DNA of 64,000 nt from Flavobacteriales bacterium (GTDB taxonomy: Bacteria; Bacteroidota; Bacteroidia; Flavobacteriales_F; PHOS-HE28). Positions within the stretch are counted from its first letter, which is position 1; each line of letters begins with the position of its first letter. The position numbers and the translations under genes were made by a program. The stretch spans positions 128,184 to 192,183 of the forward strand of contig JACJZJ010000001.1 of assembly GCA_020635675.1 (NCBI GenBank). Reading direction: 5' to 3'. A model generated the notes under the pieces. That model was not told the origin of the DNA. It was given only the letters and a program-made list of their open reading frames with translations, and searched no databases. Positions 48,905-59,405 of this stretch are shown one piece after another.

Positions 48905-51853
48905 ATGAGTTCCACTCAACGCGTGCTTTTCGTTCTGGCCGCAGCGATCATTACCGGCGCGGCTTATTACCAGCAGGATGGGCGTATCCGCTATGCCCCG
49001 CGGTCGCAGGCGACCTCCAGCGAGGATGCCCGTGGAGCGGCGGAATACTACCGGTCGATCAAGGCCAATGTGAACACAGGGGAGATCGATCCCGCGGACC
49101 ACTGGCGGATGGCCGAAGCCGTGCGACACTATGAGGTGACCCATGCCGACCGCGCCCAGAACATGTCATGGACCGAGATGGGACCGGACAATATCGGAGG
49201 TCGTGTGCGCTCGATCGCGGTGGACCCGAACGATTGGAACAGGCTTTGGGCCGGTGGTGTGTCCGGAGGGCTGTGGCGTTCGGACGATGGCGCGAACACG
49301 TGGATCCGTTTGTCCGGGATCGACGACGCGCTGATCATCAGCACCATCGCTGTTCTTGGCAATGGCCACTTGTTCTACGGAACGGGCAGTTCCAATGAGG
49401 GGATCTCCGGAGGGGGGAGCAGTGGCTTTATCGGTACGGGTCTGTATCGCACCACGGATGGTGGTACGACGTTCGAACAGGTCATCGGCCCCGCCACACC
49501 CTGGTCACAATCATCGGAATGGTCCATCATCGACAAGATCGTTGCCGACCCGAACGACCCGAACAAGCTGTGGGTGGCCTACGATCGGGGGTTGGTGATC
49601 TATGACGATGCGAACGATTCGTTCACGGATGCCGGGAATGGCACCCTGCCGAGCAACCAGAAATGCCGCGCACTTGAGGTGAGCAGCGACGGGCAGACCC
49701 TGATCTGCGCGTTCGGCTCGAACGCCTACCTGAGCCGGGACGGAGGGCAGAATTTCGTGGAACTGGACAATGGCACCGGTTTTCCCCAATCATCCATCAG
49801 CCGGATGGAATTCGCCATCTCTCCGGACGACGCGAACTACATCTACGTGATGGCCTCGACCGGTTCCGGCCAGATGTCCGGGGCTTGGGCCACGACCGAT
49901 AATGGCTATAACTGGGCGCGGATATGGCCGGCCGGATTTGGAACGAACGGTGTGCCCGAGTTGGACATCTTCGGGGACAACCGGCAGGGCTGGTATGACC
50001 AGATCCTGTCCGTGGTGCCCGGCGAGCCGGACAGGGTGTGGCTTGGTGGGGTATCCCTTTGGACCACCAGCCTGAACGGTCAGCCCTCGCAATTGGCGCT
50101 GACGTTCGATGCGCCGGGTTGCTTCACGTGCGTACACGCGGACGTCCATGAGATCACCTGGTCCCCGGACGGTCATACGGCCTATGTCGGCTGCGATGGC
50201 GGGGTATACGTTTCGCCGAACAAGGGCGGGAATTTCTACGCGGCCAACCGGTTCCTGAACATCACCCAATACTATTCGGTGGCCTATTCCCCCAAAGGCA
50301 AGGCGATGGGCGGATCACAGGACAACGGAACGAGCTACATCAGACTGCAGGGCGGCACCACCGAGCAGGAGGCCATCGAGGTCTACATCAACGACGGTTT
50401 CGATTGCGACATTTCGCAAATGGATCCGCATATCATGTTCGCCACCTACCAGCAGGGTGCTTTGGCGCGGTCGAACGATGAGGGTGGCAACTTCGGCGAT
50501 TTCTATGCCCCGGAAATGATCGCTCTTGCCGATGCGGACGGGAATCTTGGAGACTTCAACACCAATATCCGGCTGTACGAGAATTGGGATGACCCCAACA
50601 GCCCTGATTCAACGGATGTCTCCTTTGCCTATGAGGTCTCCAGCGTCACCACGGTCGGCGCGGTGCTGGGAAGCAGCTTTGATGTGAGCTATAGCAGCCG
50701 CAAGACGCCCGCGGTGCAGCTGGGTGAGACCGTGGTACTCACCTTGGACATGTTCTCCGACGTGGGTGGAGCGGGCACCCAGCTCGTGCCGGACTCCACC
50801 TACTTCTTGAATACACGCTTGCCGGATCGCGTCGAGTCACTGTTCGCGGTCGGATTCTCCGGAACGCAAGGCGTCTGGGTCACCCGCGATGCGCTCAATT
50901 TCACGGATGCCACGGAATGGTGGAAGGTGATCGACAATGTTCCGGGAAGTGTGACCTGTCTGGAATGGGCCGCGGACGGAAACGCCCTGTTCGTGGGTAC
51001 GAGCAATGGCACGGTGGTCCGCGTGCGGGGTTTCAACGGCGCCTACGATGCTGAACATGGGGACCACGATGGAAGTGAGTTCGCCAACACGATCGACATC
51101 GACAATGTCCTCGCGGTAGGTTCCGCGACGATCACAGGTCTGGCGCCCGATCCGAACAACACCCAGCGCTTGTTGGTGACCATTGGTAACTATGGTGGAA
51201 GTGCGAAGGTCCGCCTGAGCCAGAACGTGATGGATGCGAACCCGACCTTCACGAACGTCTGGAACGTACCCTCGGGCCTTGTTGGCATGCCGGTCTATGA
51301 TGGGATCATCAACAAGGTCGATCCGAACAATTTCATCGTCGGTACGGAGTTCGGTATCATGGCCACACAGGACGGCGGGGCCACCTGGGATATCGAGAAC
51401 AACGGGATCCCCAAGGTGCCGGTGTTCGCCGTACGTCAGCAGGTTTGGGATTTCCAGAACAATCCCTACGGTCCGGACTACGTGACGAACCCGTATGTGA
51501 TCTACGCCGGCACGCACGGCAGGGGCATCTTCCGTTCCGATACGTATCTGGGTGTCACCCCGCCGGGGAACGATACAGGTGCGAACAATGTCGCGGTCGG
51601 GGACATGGTCGCTTTTCCGAACCCTGCTTCGGCCCAGGTGACGATCCGCTTCGACCTTGCGCGGAGCGGACAGGTGGGCGTGCGCGTGTTCGATCTGAAC
51701 GGCCGCTTGGTCAGGGCTGTCCGTCCGAGCAATTTCAACAGGGGCGAAGGGCGCGCCATACTCGATGTTTCGGACATGGACAACGGCACCTATGTGGCGG
51801 AGGTGAGCATCGATGGCATCCGCCGAACGGCGCGATTCGTTGTGGCCCACTGA
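48905..51853 (+). CDS. BNR/Asp-box repeat beta-propeller protein (sortilin/VPS10- or GH74-like) with a type-A T9SS CTD
   Basis: 982 aa. It has a signal peptide and multiple S-x-D-x-G-x-T-W Asp-boxes (WRSDDGANTW, YRTTDGGTTF, LSRDGGQNF, ATQDGGATW). The C-terminus ...VAFPNPASAQVTIRFDL...VFDLNGRLV...GTYVAEVSIDG... matches the Por_Secre_tail style. Confidence 0.7.
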   Translation: MSSTQRVLFVLAAAIITGAAYYQQDGRIRYAPRSQATSSEDARGAAEYYRSIKANVNTGEIDPADHWRMAEAVRHYEVTHADRAQNMSWTEMGPDNIGGRVRSIAVDPNDWNRLWAGGVSGGLWRSDDGANTWIRLSGIDDALIISTIAVLGNGHLFYGTGSSNEGISGGGSSGFIGTGLYRTTDGGTTFEQVIGPATPWSQSSEWSIIDKIVADPNDPNKLWVAYDRGLVIYDDANDSFTDAGNGTLPSNQKCRALEVSSDGQTLICAFGSNAYLSRDGGQNFVELDNGTGFPQSSISRMEFAISPDDANYIYVMASTGSGQMSGAWATTDNGYNWARIWPAGFGTNGVPELDIFGDNRQGWYDQILSVVPGEPDRVWLGGVSLWTTSLNGQPSQLALTFDAPGCFTCVHADVHEITWSPDGHTAYVGCDGGVYVSPNKGGNFYAANRFLNITQYYSVAYSPKGKAMGGSQDNGTSYIRLQGGTTEQEAIEVYINDGFDCDISQMDPHIMFATYQQGALARSNDEGGNFGDFYAPEMIALADADGNLGDFNTNIRLYENWDDPNSPDSTDVSFAYEVSSVTTVGAVLGSSFDVSYSSRKTPAVQLGETVVLTLDMFSDVGGAGTQLVPDSTYFLNTRLPDRVESLFAVGFSGTQGVWVTRDALNFTDATEWWKVIDNVPGSVTCLEWAADGNALFVGTSNGTVVRVRGFNGAYDAEHGDHDGSEFANTIDIDNVLAVGSATITGLAPDPNNTQRLLVTIGNYGGSAKVRLSQNVMDANPTFTNVWNVPSGLVGMPVYDGIINKVDPNNFIVGTEFGIMATQDGGATWDIENNGIPKVPVFAVRQQVWDFQNNPYGPDYVTNPYVIYAGTHGRGIFRSDTYLGVTPPGNDTGANNVAVGDMVAFPNPASAQVTIRFDLARSGQVGVRVFDLNGRLVRAVRPSNFNRGEGRAILDVSDMDNGTYVAEVSIDGIRRTARFVVAH

Positions 51854-51876
51854 CAGCCGGTCGAAAGGATGGTGCA

Positions 51877-51911
51877 CGAAGCTCCGGCATCATGCCGGAG
51901 CTTCGTTGTTC
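51877..51911 (+). terminator. intrinsic terminator after the BNR gene
   Basis: CGAAGCTCCGGCAT-c-ATGCCGGAGCTTCG is a perfect 14-bp inverted repeat followed by TTGTTC. It starts 24 nt after the stop at 51853. Confidence 0.55.
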
Positions 51912-51914
51912 AGG

Positions 51915-51922
51915 TACCTTTG
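51915..51922 (+). promoter_or_regulatory. -7 box TACCTTTG upstream of gap
   Basis: Matches the TAnnTTTG consensus and lies 36 nt before the ATG at 51959. Confidence 0.4.
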
Positions 51923-51958
51923 GCCTTCACCTCGATCACCACGGAACGAACGAAAGGA

Positions 51959-52960
51959 ATGCGTGTAGCGATCAATGGTTTCGGTAGGATCGGTCGGGTG
52001 ACGACCCGTGCGATCCTTGGCAGCAAGGACATCGAGCTGGTGGCGGTGAACGACCTGGCCGATGATGCGACGCTCGCCCACCTGTTCAAGTACGACTCGG
52101 TGCATGGTCCCTTCCACGGCGAGGTGGGGCATGGGAAAGGTCGCCTGCTGCTCGCCGGCCACGAGATACGATCGTTCGCAGAGGCCGACCCTGCAAAGCT
52201 GCCTTGGAAGGAGCTTGGTATCGACGTGGTGATCGAAAGCACCGGTCACTTCCTGACGCGCGAACTGGCATCGGCACACCTAAAGGCCGGCGCGGAACAG
52301 GTCGTCCTGTCCGCCCCCGCGAAGGACACCACGATCAAGTCCGTAGTGCTCGGCGTGAACGACGAGGTGATCGATGGAACGGAGGAGATCATCAGCAATG
52401 CGAGCTGCACCACGAACTGTGCGGCACCGATGATCCTCGGCGTGCTGGAGCTGTGCGGCATCGAGGACGGCTTCATCACCACCGTGCACAGCTACACCGG
52501 TGATCAGCGCCTGCATGATGCGCCACACCGGGACCTCCGCCGGGCGCGGGCGGCGGCGGTAAGCATGATCCCGACCACTACGGGAGCGGCCAAGGCGATC
52601 ACCCGCATCTTCCCGGAGCTGGATGGCAGGCTTGGCGGAAGCGGCATCCGCGTGCCCGTGCCCGATGGTTCCATCACCGATATCACGTGTCGCGTGAAGG
52701 ACCTGAGGTCCGCCGAGGAGGTCAATGCCTACTTCAGGCGAATGGCGGAGGGGAAGCTCAACGGCATCCTGCGCTACACCGAGGATCCCATCGTGAGCGC
52801 GGATATCGTGGGCGATCCGCACAGTTGCATCTTCGATGCGCAGCTCACCAGCGTGGTCGGCAACATGGTGAAGGTGATGGGGTGGTACGACAACGAGTCC
52901 GGTTATTCCAACCGTCTCGTCGACCTCGTGCGGAAGCTGGGCGCGCTCAGGAAGCAGTAA
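51959..52960 (+). CDS. gap: type I glyceraldehyde-3-phosphate dehydrogenase
   Basis: MRVAINGFGRIGRVTTRAI... (NAD-binding GxGxxG) and the active-site SNASCTTNC are present, giving 333 aa. The ORF-track start at 51869 is over-extended. Confidence 0.95.
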   Translation: MRVAINGFGRIGRVTTRAILGSKDIELVAVNDLADDATLAHLFKYDSVHGPFHGEVGHGKGRLLLAGHEIRSFAEADPAKLPWKELGIDVVIESTGHFLTRELASAHLKAGAEQVVLSAPAKDTTIKSVVLGVNDEVIDGTEEIISNASCTTNCAAPMILGVLELCGIEDGFITTVHSYTGDQRLHDAPHRDLRRARAAAVSMIPTTTGAAKAITRIFPELDGRLGGSGIRVPVPDGSITDITCRVKDLRSAEEVNAYFRRMAEGKLNGILRYTEDPIVSADIVGDPHSCIFDAQLTSVVGNMVKVMGWYDNESGYSNRLVDLVRKLGALRKQ

Positions 52961-53765
52961 CGGCCAGCGTTGCCGGCGCACCGCTGATCCGCACGTCCCA
53001 GCTCGTCGGACCATCGCCGGTGCGTTGCATCAATTGAAGCTCCTCCCCATCGAAGACCGCATAGGTGAAGTACGTGATCCAATCACCGAGATTGACGTAG
53101 CGGCTGCCCGGGGCCACTTCCATGTCGATCGGCAGGTGGCGGTGACCGAAGATCATCAGGTCGAACGGCTCTGTCTTCAGCACCTCCTTGCAGAACTGCA
53201 CCAGCCATTCCTTGTCGGCGCCGAGCCATTTCCTGTCGTTCGCATAGCTCTTTTTCCGGCTGCGCCCGCTCCAGAACTCCGCGAGCGCGATCGCGAGGTT
53301 GGGGTGAAGCCGGGCGAAAGACCATTGGCTGAGCGGGCTGCGGAACACCTTCTTGATGAACTTGTAGCCATGATCGCCAGGTCCCAGACCATCACCGTGG
53401 CCGATCAATATCCTCTTGCCGTTCCATTCGACGCGGATGGGTGTACGATGCACCTGCATGCCGATCTCCGATGGGAGGTAGTCGAAGATCCACATGTCGT
53501 GGTTGCCGATGAAAAGATGCAGCGGGATCCCCTGGTCGGCGATCTCCGCGAGTTTGCCCAGAAGCCGCACGTGGCCGCGAGGCACGACCTTGCGCCATTC
53601 GAACCAGAAATCGAACAGGTCGCCGAGAAGGTGGATCTCGGCGGCATCCTGCATGGCCTGGTCAAGAAAGGCCACGATACGTTTCTCTCGCGCCAGGCTG
53701 TTCTCCGCATCGGGCACGCCCAGATGGAAATCGGATAGCAGGTAGATCTTCTTGCCGGGTGCCAT
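52947..53765 (-). CDS. lpxH: UDP-2,3-diacylglucosamine diphosphatase LpxH (calcineurin-like metallophosphoesterase)
   Basis: The metallophosphoesterase motifs are present (...KKIYLLSDFHLG...IHLLGDLFDFW...IGNHDMW...IGHGDGLG...FGHRH...). Start MAPGKK at 53765 gives 272 aa and overlaps the upstream stop as TGATG. Confidence 0.75.
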   Translation of the reverse strand: MAPGKKIYLLSDFHLGVPDAENSLAREKRIVAFLDQAMQDAAEIHLLGDLFDFWFEWRKVVPRGHVRLLGKLAEIADQGIPLHLFIGNHDMWIFDYLPSEIGMQVHRTPIRVEWNGKRILIGHGDGLGPGDHGYKFIKKVFRSPLSQWSFARLHPNLAIALAEFWSGRSRKKSYANDRKWLGADKEWLVQFCKEVLKTEPFDLMIFGHRHLPIDMEVAPGSRYVNLGDWITYFTYAVFDGEELQLMQRTGDGPTSWDVRISGAPATLAVTAS

Positions 53766-56700
53766 CAGTCGGTGATCCGTCGCAAGATCCGTGTCGGGTC
53801 GAGTTTCTCCAAGGCGAATACGAAGCGGACCTTGTTCAGGAAGGTGAAGTTCTGCAACTCCAGTTGGTCGGCGATCTCCTTCGAATACACCAAGGGTACC
53901 CACATTTCCAGGATGTCACGGGCAAGCCGGATCCCGAAACCGGCTTCATAGTAGGAGCGCCAGGAGGTGTGTTTGCCGTTCTGTGCCACCTCCACGTAGG
54001 GTGCAGCGCCCCAGCTACCGAAAAGTGAGAGTGCGGGGATCGGCAGGTCCGCTTCCACATTCAGTGCGGCGATCCAGGAATCGGAGGTGCCGAGCGAGTT
54101 CGGTGTCTTGAACCCCCCCTGGTACTTGGTCATTTGTGCGGCCGTGATCCGGCCCACGTCCTGCCGTTCGAAATAGGCATGGTCGTAGAGCAGGTCCGAA
54201 GACCCCCAATACAACCTCCAGCCCATTTCCCGACGCAGGAGCGCATCGTCCCTGCGCAGAAAGGTGCCTGCGAAAAGGCGCAGCGTGACACGATGTTTGC
54301 GTGTGTCATAGATGAACCGCTGCGTGGCGTCCAGCTCCAGACGCGTGAAGGCCGGATGCTGCAGGGCGGTCAGGGAGGCTTCGAAGGGCAGGAGGCCGTG
54401 CGGCTCACGCACGGAGTAGGTCAGGGCGTGAAAGATGTCCTCGTTCATCGCATCCACGTTCGTGGCATCCACCGTGCCTTGGGTGTGCTGTTGCAGTACC
54501 ACGGTCCGATAGGTGATCGTGTGGCGCAGTCGGGTCTGTCCGGCACCATTGCGCAGGTCAAGCGTGACGCTGGGCGACATGCGAAGGAACCACCGGGACA
54601 GAGGCCCCAAGGCGCTGAGCGATGCGGAGTTCGCGGAGCCACCGAGGTGGATGTTCTCGAAAATGCGACTGCGCAAACGGTCGAAGTGGTACATGACCCG
54701 ACCCGCACCGACGACGCGATCGCTATTGGATCCGAACAACGGAGCGATGACGTATTCCAGCTTCTGCGACGGGAAGGTGTTGTTGTACAATGCCAGTCCG
54801 CCCATCCAGCCGTCATGCGCATTGTACGCGAGCGCCGGCGTCCAGTACGTCGTTCGTCGATCATCCCGTTCCAGACCGATCAGGAACTTGAAGCTGGGCG
54901 GGGCCGCATGGTGGAAAAGCCCGTGCTTCCGGACGCTGTTGTTGCGGCGGTCGATGTCCAGGGTGCGGTCGGAGGCATCGATCCGGACCTGGTCGGCATC
55001 ATTCCACGGCAGGGTGACGGTCCTTCGTCCTGGGTCGGTGTGCACCCATACGGTACCCAGTGTATCGACCCCCAAGGTGTCCGCATCGCGCATTCCTGTG
55101 ACCGGGAACGGCATTCGTGTCGTGGCGGTGGATCGGTAGGTGAGCATGTTCCCCTCCAGTGCCTTCGCCTGGATATCCACCTTGTGCGCCGTGCCCAGTA
55201 GCTCGTCGAACGCCCAGGCGAGGTCCTGTCCGCTGGCCTGTTCGAAGGCGTTGCGTACATCCTCCGGGCCGGGATGCTTGTGGTGCCAGGCATCGAAGTA
55301 GGCCCGCATGCATTGATCGAAGCGGTCCGGTCCGAGATAGGCAAAGAGCTGGTCGAACACCAGGGCCGTCTTGCTGTAGACCATCGCACCGTAGTTCAAT
55401 GCGGTGAAGCAGGTGGAGGGGAGGTCGATGGGCTGGTCAAGACCACGTCGGGCGTTCAGACGGTAGGTCAGTTCGTTGAGCATCCGGTGCTTGTCCCGCA
55501 GACTTCGTGTCACACGTCCCATCATCGGAAGGCCGATCTGTAGACCGCCCTCCGGGTAGCGTTCCCGCATGTAGCGCATCTCCACGAAGCTGTTCATGCC
55601 CTCGTCCATCCAGGGGTGGTCGCGTTCATTGCTGGCGAGCATGCCATAGAACCAATTGTGTCCCACCTCATGAGCGATCACATCATCAAGCTCTTCAGCG
55701 TCGCTCACATCGCCGATCACGGTGATCATCGGGTACTCCATGCCCCCTCCGGCCGAGATCGTTCCTTCCACCGCCGTGCACATCGTATAGGGGTATTCAC
55801 TGACCCAGCGCGAGTAATGAGCGATCGCCTCCTTCACATGGTCCGCCCCATCCTTCCACAGCACGGCGTTCCGTTCGGTGAACAGCACACGAGTGCGCAC
55901 GACATGCCCGTTCGGCAGTTGCACCTGCGAGCTCCGGACCTGATAGCGTTTGTCGGCGAACCAGGCGAAGTCATGGACATCATCCTGCCGGAAATGGAGC
56001 GTTTTCATCCGGGTGGAGGAAGGTGGGAACGCACCCCCTTTGGAACGCCTGCCAGCCGCCTTTCGCAGGGGTACTTGCGCCAGAGAATCCATCCAGGCTT
56101 CCTCTGCGGCGGCATCCTGCAGTTCCCCTGTGGCACCCACGACATAGTTGGCGGGCAGGGTGATCCGCACGTCATAGGAGCCGAACTCGGAATAGAACTC
56201 GCCGAGATCGAGGAACGGGATCGCATGCCAGCCGTGGCGATCGAACACGGCCGGCTTCGGGAACCATTGCGTGATCGCATAGGACTGCCCGTCGTGGCCG
56301 AGCCGGGAGAAGCGTCCTTCGGGGACCTTCACCCGAAATGGGGTCCCGATGGTGACCCGTCCCCCGGGTGGAAGCGGCGCACCCAGCCTGATCCATGCGA
56401 TGTCCTGATGATGTGGATGGTATCCCCAGACCTGGGGCTGTCCGCCGCTCCGGAAGTCGAGGCTGTCGATCCAACCCCGGTCCGCCTCGTTGGCGAAATG
56501 GAGGTCGAACCGGTCCGTGCCGTCCAGTTGACGGCAAAGTGCGCTGCCGCGTCCGGAATAGGCGTTGGCCCAGAGGTGCACCCAGATCGTGTCGAGGGCC
56601 TGCGTGCTGTGGTTGGTGTAGTCGAATTCCTCGTAGGCACGGAGTTGGTGGCGTACATCGTCCAGGGTCACCTGGATGCGCGTGTCCACGCGTTGCTGGA

Positions 56701-56776
56701 AATAGTTCTGCGCTGCCATGGGGCCGATCGCGGCGGATACCACGACCAGGGCCAGCATCCGATGGACCGGGGTCAT
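53765..56776 (-). CDS. M1-family zinc metallopeptidase, large and secreted
   Basis: 1003 aa. It has a signal peptide (MTPVHRMLALVVVSAAIGPMAAQ) and HEVGHNWFYG-x17-E (HEXXH plus Glu). Confidence 0.75.
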   Translation of the reverse strand: MTPVHRMLALVVVSAAIGPMAAQNYFQQRVDTRIQVTLDDVRHQLRAYEEFDYTNHSTQALDTIWVHLWANAYSGRGSALCRQLDGTDRFDLHFANEADRGWIDSLDFRSGGQPQVWGYHPHHQDIAWIRLGAPLPPGGRVTIGTPFRVKVPEGRFSRLGHDGQSYAITQWFPKPAVFDRHGWHAIPFLDLGEFYSEFGSYDVRITLPANYVVGATGELQDAAAEEAWMDSLAQVPLRKAAGRRSKGGAFPPSSTRMKTLHFRQDDVHDFAWFADKRYQVRSSQVQLPNGHVVRTRVLFTERNAVLWKDGADHVKEAIAHYSRWVSEYPYTMCTAVEGTISAGGGMEYPMITVIGDVSDAEELDDVIAHEVGHNWFYGMLASNERDHPWMDEGMNSFVEMRYMRERYPEGGLQIGLPMMGRVTRSLRDKHRMLNELTYRLNARRGLDQPIDLPSTCFTALNYGAMVYSKTALVFDQLFAYLGPDRFDQCMRAYFDAWHHKHPGPEDVRNAFEQASGQDLAWAFDELLGTAHKVDIQAKALEGNMLTYRSTATTRMPFPVTGMRDADTLGVDTLGTVWVHTDPGRRTVTLPWNDADQVRIDASDRTLDIDRRNNSVRKHGLFHHAAPPSFKFLIGLERDDRRTTYWTPALAYNAHDGWMGGLALYNNTFPSQKLEYVIAPLFGSNSDRVVGAGRVMYHFDRLRSRIFENIHLGGSANSASLSALGPLSRWFLRMSPSVTLDLRNGAGQTRLRHTITYRTVVLQQHTQGTVDATNVDAMNEDIFHALTYSVREPHGLLPFEASLTALQHPAFTRLELDATQRFIYDTRKHRVTLRLFAGTFLRRDDALLRREMGWRLYWGSSDLLYDHAYFERQDVGRITAAQMTKYQGGFKTPNSLGTSDSWIAALNVEADLPIPALSLFGSWGAAPYVEVAQNGKHTSWRSYYEAGFGIRLARDILEMWVPLVYSKEIADQLELQNFTFLNKVRFVFALEKLDPTRILRRITD

Positions 56777-57921
56777 GACCCGAGCACCTCGGCCAGCTTC
56801 TTCTCCAACGCCGGGCCGCGCAGGTTCTTGGCGATCACGTTGCCGTCAGGGTCGAGCAATACGGTGTATGGGATGCTCGACACGCCATACTCCTGAGCGG
56901 CCGCATTGTTCCAGAAACCGAGATCGCTGACGTGTTTCCAAGGCAGGCCGTCCTGCTGGATCGCCTTCACCCAGGCATCATGCGTGCGGTCGAGGGATAC
57001 ACCGAAGATCTCGAACCCTTTGCGGTGGTACTTCTCATAAACGCGCTTCACGTTCGGGTTCTCCATGCGGCAGGGCCGGCACCAGCTGGCCCAGAAATCG
57101 ATAAGGACGTACTTGCCGCGCAAGGAACGGAGCGAGAGCGTCGCTCCTTCCGGGGTCTGCTGTGCGATCTCAGGCGCTGCCGAGCCGATGGGGATGAGGT
57201 TGCTCATCCGCTCCATTTCCTTCTGTTGCTGTTGGGCGGCCTGCATCTGCTTCTCCACCCGGTCCACCTGGTCGCGGAAATTGACGTAGAATGCCGAGCG
57301 AGCCATGCTTGTACGCAACTGGTCGCGTACGGCCTTGTAGGCGTCCAATTCCTGTTGAATGCTCAGCTTGCCGATGGCCGAAAGCAGGGCGGGGGAGCCC
57401 GGATTGTCCGCGATGAACTTCTTGCAGTAGTCGTAGTAGGCCATGTTCTCCTTGTTCAATTCCGCGATCATGCTCGTGTCCCGTGTGCCGCCCATCGCCC
57501 TCTTCAAGCTGTCCATGCGCGCTTCGAACCCCAAGGCCTTGCGGTAGAACGTGTTCAGGGCCTCGGTACCGGGACAGCCGGTCAATGCGGTCGGTTCGGC
57601 CAAATGGTCCGCGCCCGCCTCGACATGGAGATCGCAGGTGCTATCCATCGCGATCACGAGGGCGTCGCCATCCTTCAGTTGCAACTGATAGAAATCCATG
57701 GGCAGCGCGGGAACGTGAAGCACCCCTTCACCGGTGTTGCCCAGTTGCACCGAGTCCATATGGACCGGCCGGTTGTTCTCGAAGCGATCGAGATAGATCG
57801 TCCTTCCGGATGCCCCATCGATCCGCAGCGTGATCGAGCTGCCGTGGGGGCCTTTCGTGCCGCAGGCCACTAGGCTCGTGGCGATGAGGAGATGGGCCGT
57901 GTGCGACCAGGGGCTTTTCAT
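56773..57921 (-). CDS. TlpA-like thiol:disulfide oxidoreductase lipoprotein (thioredoxin fold)
   Basis: 382 aa. It has a signal peptide with lipobox LVAC and a WASWCRPC CxxC motif in a C-terminal thioredoxin-like domain. Confidence 0.8.
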   Translation of the reverse strand: MKSPWSHTAHLLIATSLVACGTKGPHGSSITLRIDGASGRTIYLDRFENNRPVHMDSVQLGNTGEGVLHVPALPMDFYQLQLKDGDALVIAMDSTCDLHVEAGADHLAEPTALTGCPGTEALNTFYRKALGFEARMDSLKRAMGGTRDTSMIAELNKENMAYYDYCKKFIADNPGSPALLSAIGKLSIQQELDAYKAVRDQLRTSMARSAFYVNFRDQVDRVEKQMQAAQQQQKEMERMSNLIPIGSAAPEIAQQTPEGATLSLRSLRGKYVLIDFWASWCRPCRMENPNVKRVYEKYHRKGFEIFGVSLDRTHDAWVKAIQQDGLPWKHVSDLGFWNNAAAQEYGVSSIPYTVLLDPDGNVIAKNLRGPALEKKLAEVLGS

Positions 57922-59405
57922 GCGCGGTCTTGTTCGAGCATTCGGCGGACGAGTTCATTGGCCTGCCGCGGGTCCGCCTTGCCCTTGGTGGCCTTCATCA
58001 CCTCGCCCATGAACAGGCCCAGCAACGCCTTGTTGCCCTGTCTGTAGGACGAGACCTTCTCGGGATATCGCTCCATCGCGCTGCGCATGGCCGACGCGAT
58101 CACGCCTTCATCGCGTTGCTGGACCAGGTCGTTCACGCTGGCGAGTTCGCCGGGTGTGCGATCGGGATCCGCGAGCATCAGGGGAAAGAGCTTTTGCGAG
58201 GCTACGGTGTGGCTCACCTGGCCCTGGTCGATGAGTTCGACGAGCTCGGCCAGGCGGCATGGGCGCACGGGCAGTCGATCGATGCCGAGGCCGTTGGCGT
58301 TCATCCAGGCGCGCACATCGCCCATCACCCAATTGGCGGCCGCCTTCACATTGCTGGTTCCGGACAACATTTCCTCGAAATACAGGGCGGTCGCCTTGTC
58401 GTCGGTGATCACCTCAGCGTCGTAGGTCGAAAGACCAAGTTCGGTCGTGTAGCGCCGTTTCAGTTCCCGAGGGAGGGGAGGCATGGCCTCCTGGACCTCC
58501 GCCCGTTTCGCTTCCGTGACCTCCAGTGGCGCCAGGTCGGGCTCGGGAAAGTAGCGGTAGTCATGGGCCATTTCCTTACTGCGAAGGCCGATCGTCACAC
58601 CGCGGGCGGCATCGAAGGTGCGTGTTTCCATGTGCACGGCCCCACCTTCCTCCAGGATCCGCACCTGCCGTGCGGCCTCGTGTTCGATGGCCCTTTGCAC
58701 GTTCCGAAAGCTGTTGAGGTTCTTCACCTCGGTGCGCGTGCCGAACCCGTTGCTGCCTTTGGGTCGGACACTGATGTTGGCATCGCAGCGAAGGCTGCCC
58801 TCCTCCATATTGCCGTCGCAGATGTCCAGGTATCGGACCAAGCGACGAACCTCCACGAGGTAGTCGTAGGCCTCCTGTGAGGCCCGGATGTCCGGCTCGC
58901 TTACGATCTCCAATAGGGGCACACCCGCGCGATTGAGATCGATCAGGGTGTTGAACGGGTCCACATCGTGGATGCTCTTGCCGGCGTCCTCCTCCATGTG
59001 GATGCGCGTGATGCCGATGCGCTTTTCCCCGCCGTGGTGGTCCGTGATGAGGATCTCGCCACCCCGGCAGATCGGTGTGGTGTCCTGTGTGATCTGGTAG
59101 CCCTTGGGCAGGTCCGGATAGAAGTAGTTCTTCCGCGCGAAGTGCATCCGGGGTGCGATCGTGCAACCACAGGCCAGGCCCAGTCGGATCGCGAGGTCCA
59201 CGACCTTCTCGTTCAGTACGGGCAGCGTGCCCGGATGACCGAGCGTGACCACGCTCACGTTCGTGTTCGGATGATCCCCGTAGGTGTTCGGGTCGCTGGA
59301 ATAGGCCTTGCTCGCCGTAAGCAGTTGCGCATGGACCTCCAGGCCCACCACCAGGTCCCATCGTTCGGTCCAATGGCCGGCCGCCCCCCGTTCGTCCGCG
59401 TTCAT
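57918..59405 (-). CDS. gatB: Asp-tRNA(Asn)/Glu-tRNA(Gln) amidotransferase subunit B
   Basis: GatB is conserved throughout (...WDLVVGLEVHAQL...GYQITQ...). Start at MNADERG (59405) gives 495 aa. The ORF-track start at 59507 is over-extended, and the 4-nt overlap with the upstream stop supports 59405. Confidence 0.9.
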   Translation of the reverse strand: MNADERGAAGHWTERWDLVVGLEVHAQLLTASKAYSSDPNTYGDHPNTNVSVVTLGHPGTLPVLNEKVVDLAIRLGLACGCTIAPRMHFARKNYFYPDLPKGYQITQDTTPICRGGEILITDHHGGEKRIGITRIHMEEDAGKSIHDVDPFNTLIDLNRAGVPLLEIVSEPDIRASQEAYDYLVEVRRLVRYLDICDGNMEEGSLRCDANISVRPKGSNGFGTRTEVKNLNSFRNVQRAIEHEAARQVRILEEGGAVHMETRTFDAARGVTIGLRSKEMAHDYRYFPEPDLAPLEVTEAKRAEVQEAMPPLPRELKRRYTTELGLSTYDAEVITDDKATALYFEEMLSGTSNVKAAANWVMGDVRAWMNANGLGIDRLPVRPCRLAELVELIDQGQVSHTVASQKLFPLMLADPDRTPGELASVNDLVQQRDEGVIASAMRSAMERYPEKVSSYRQGNKALLGLFMGEVMKATKGKADPRQANELVRRMLEQDRA

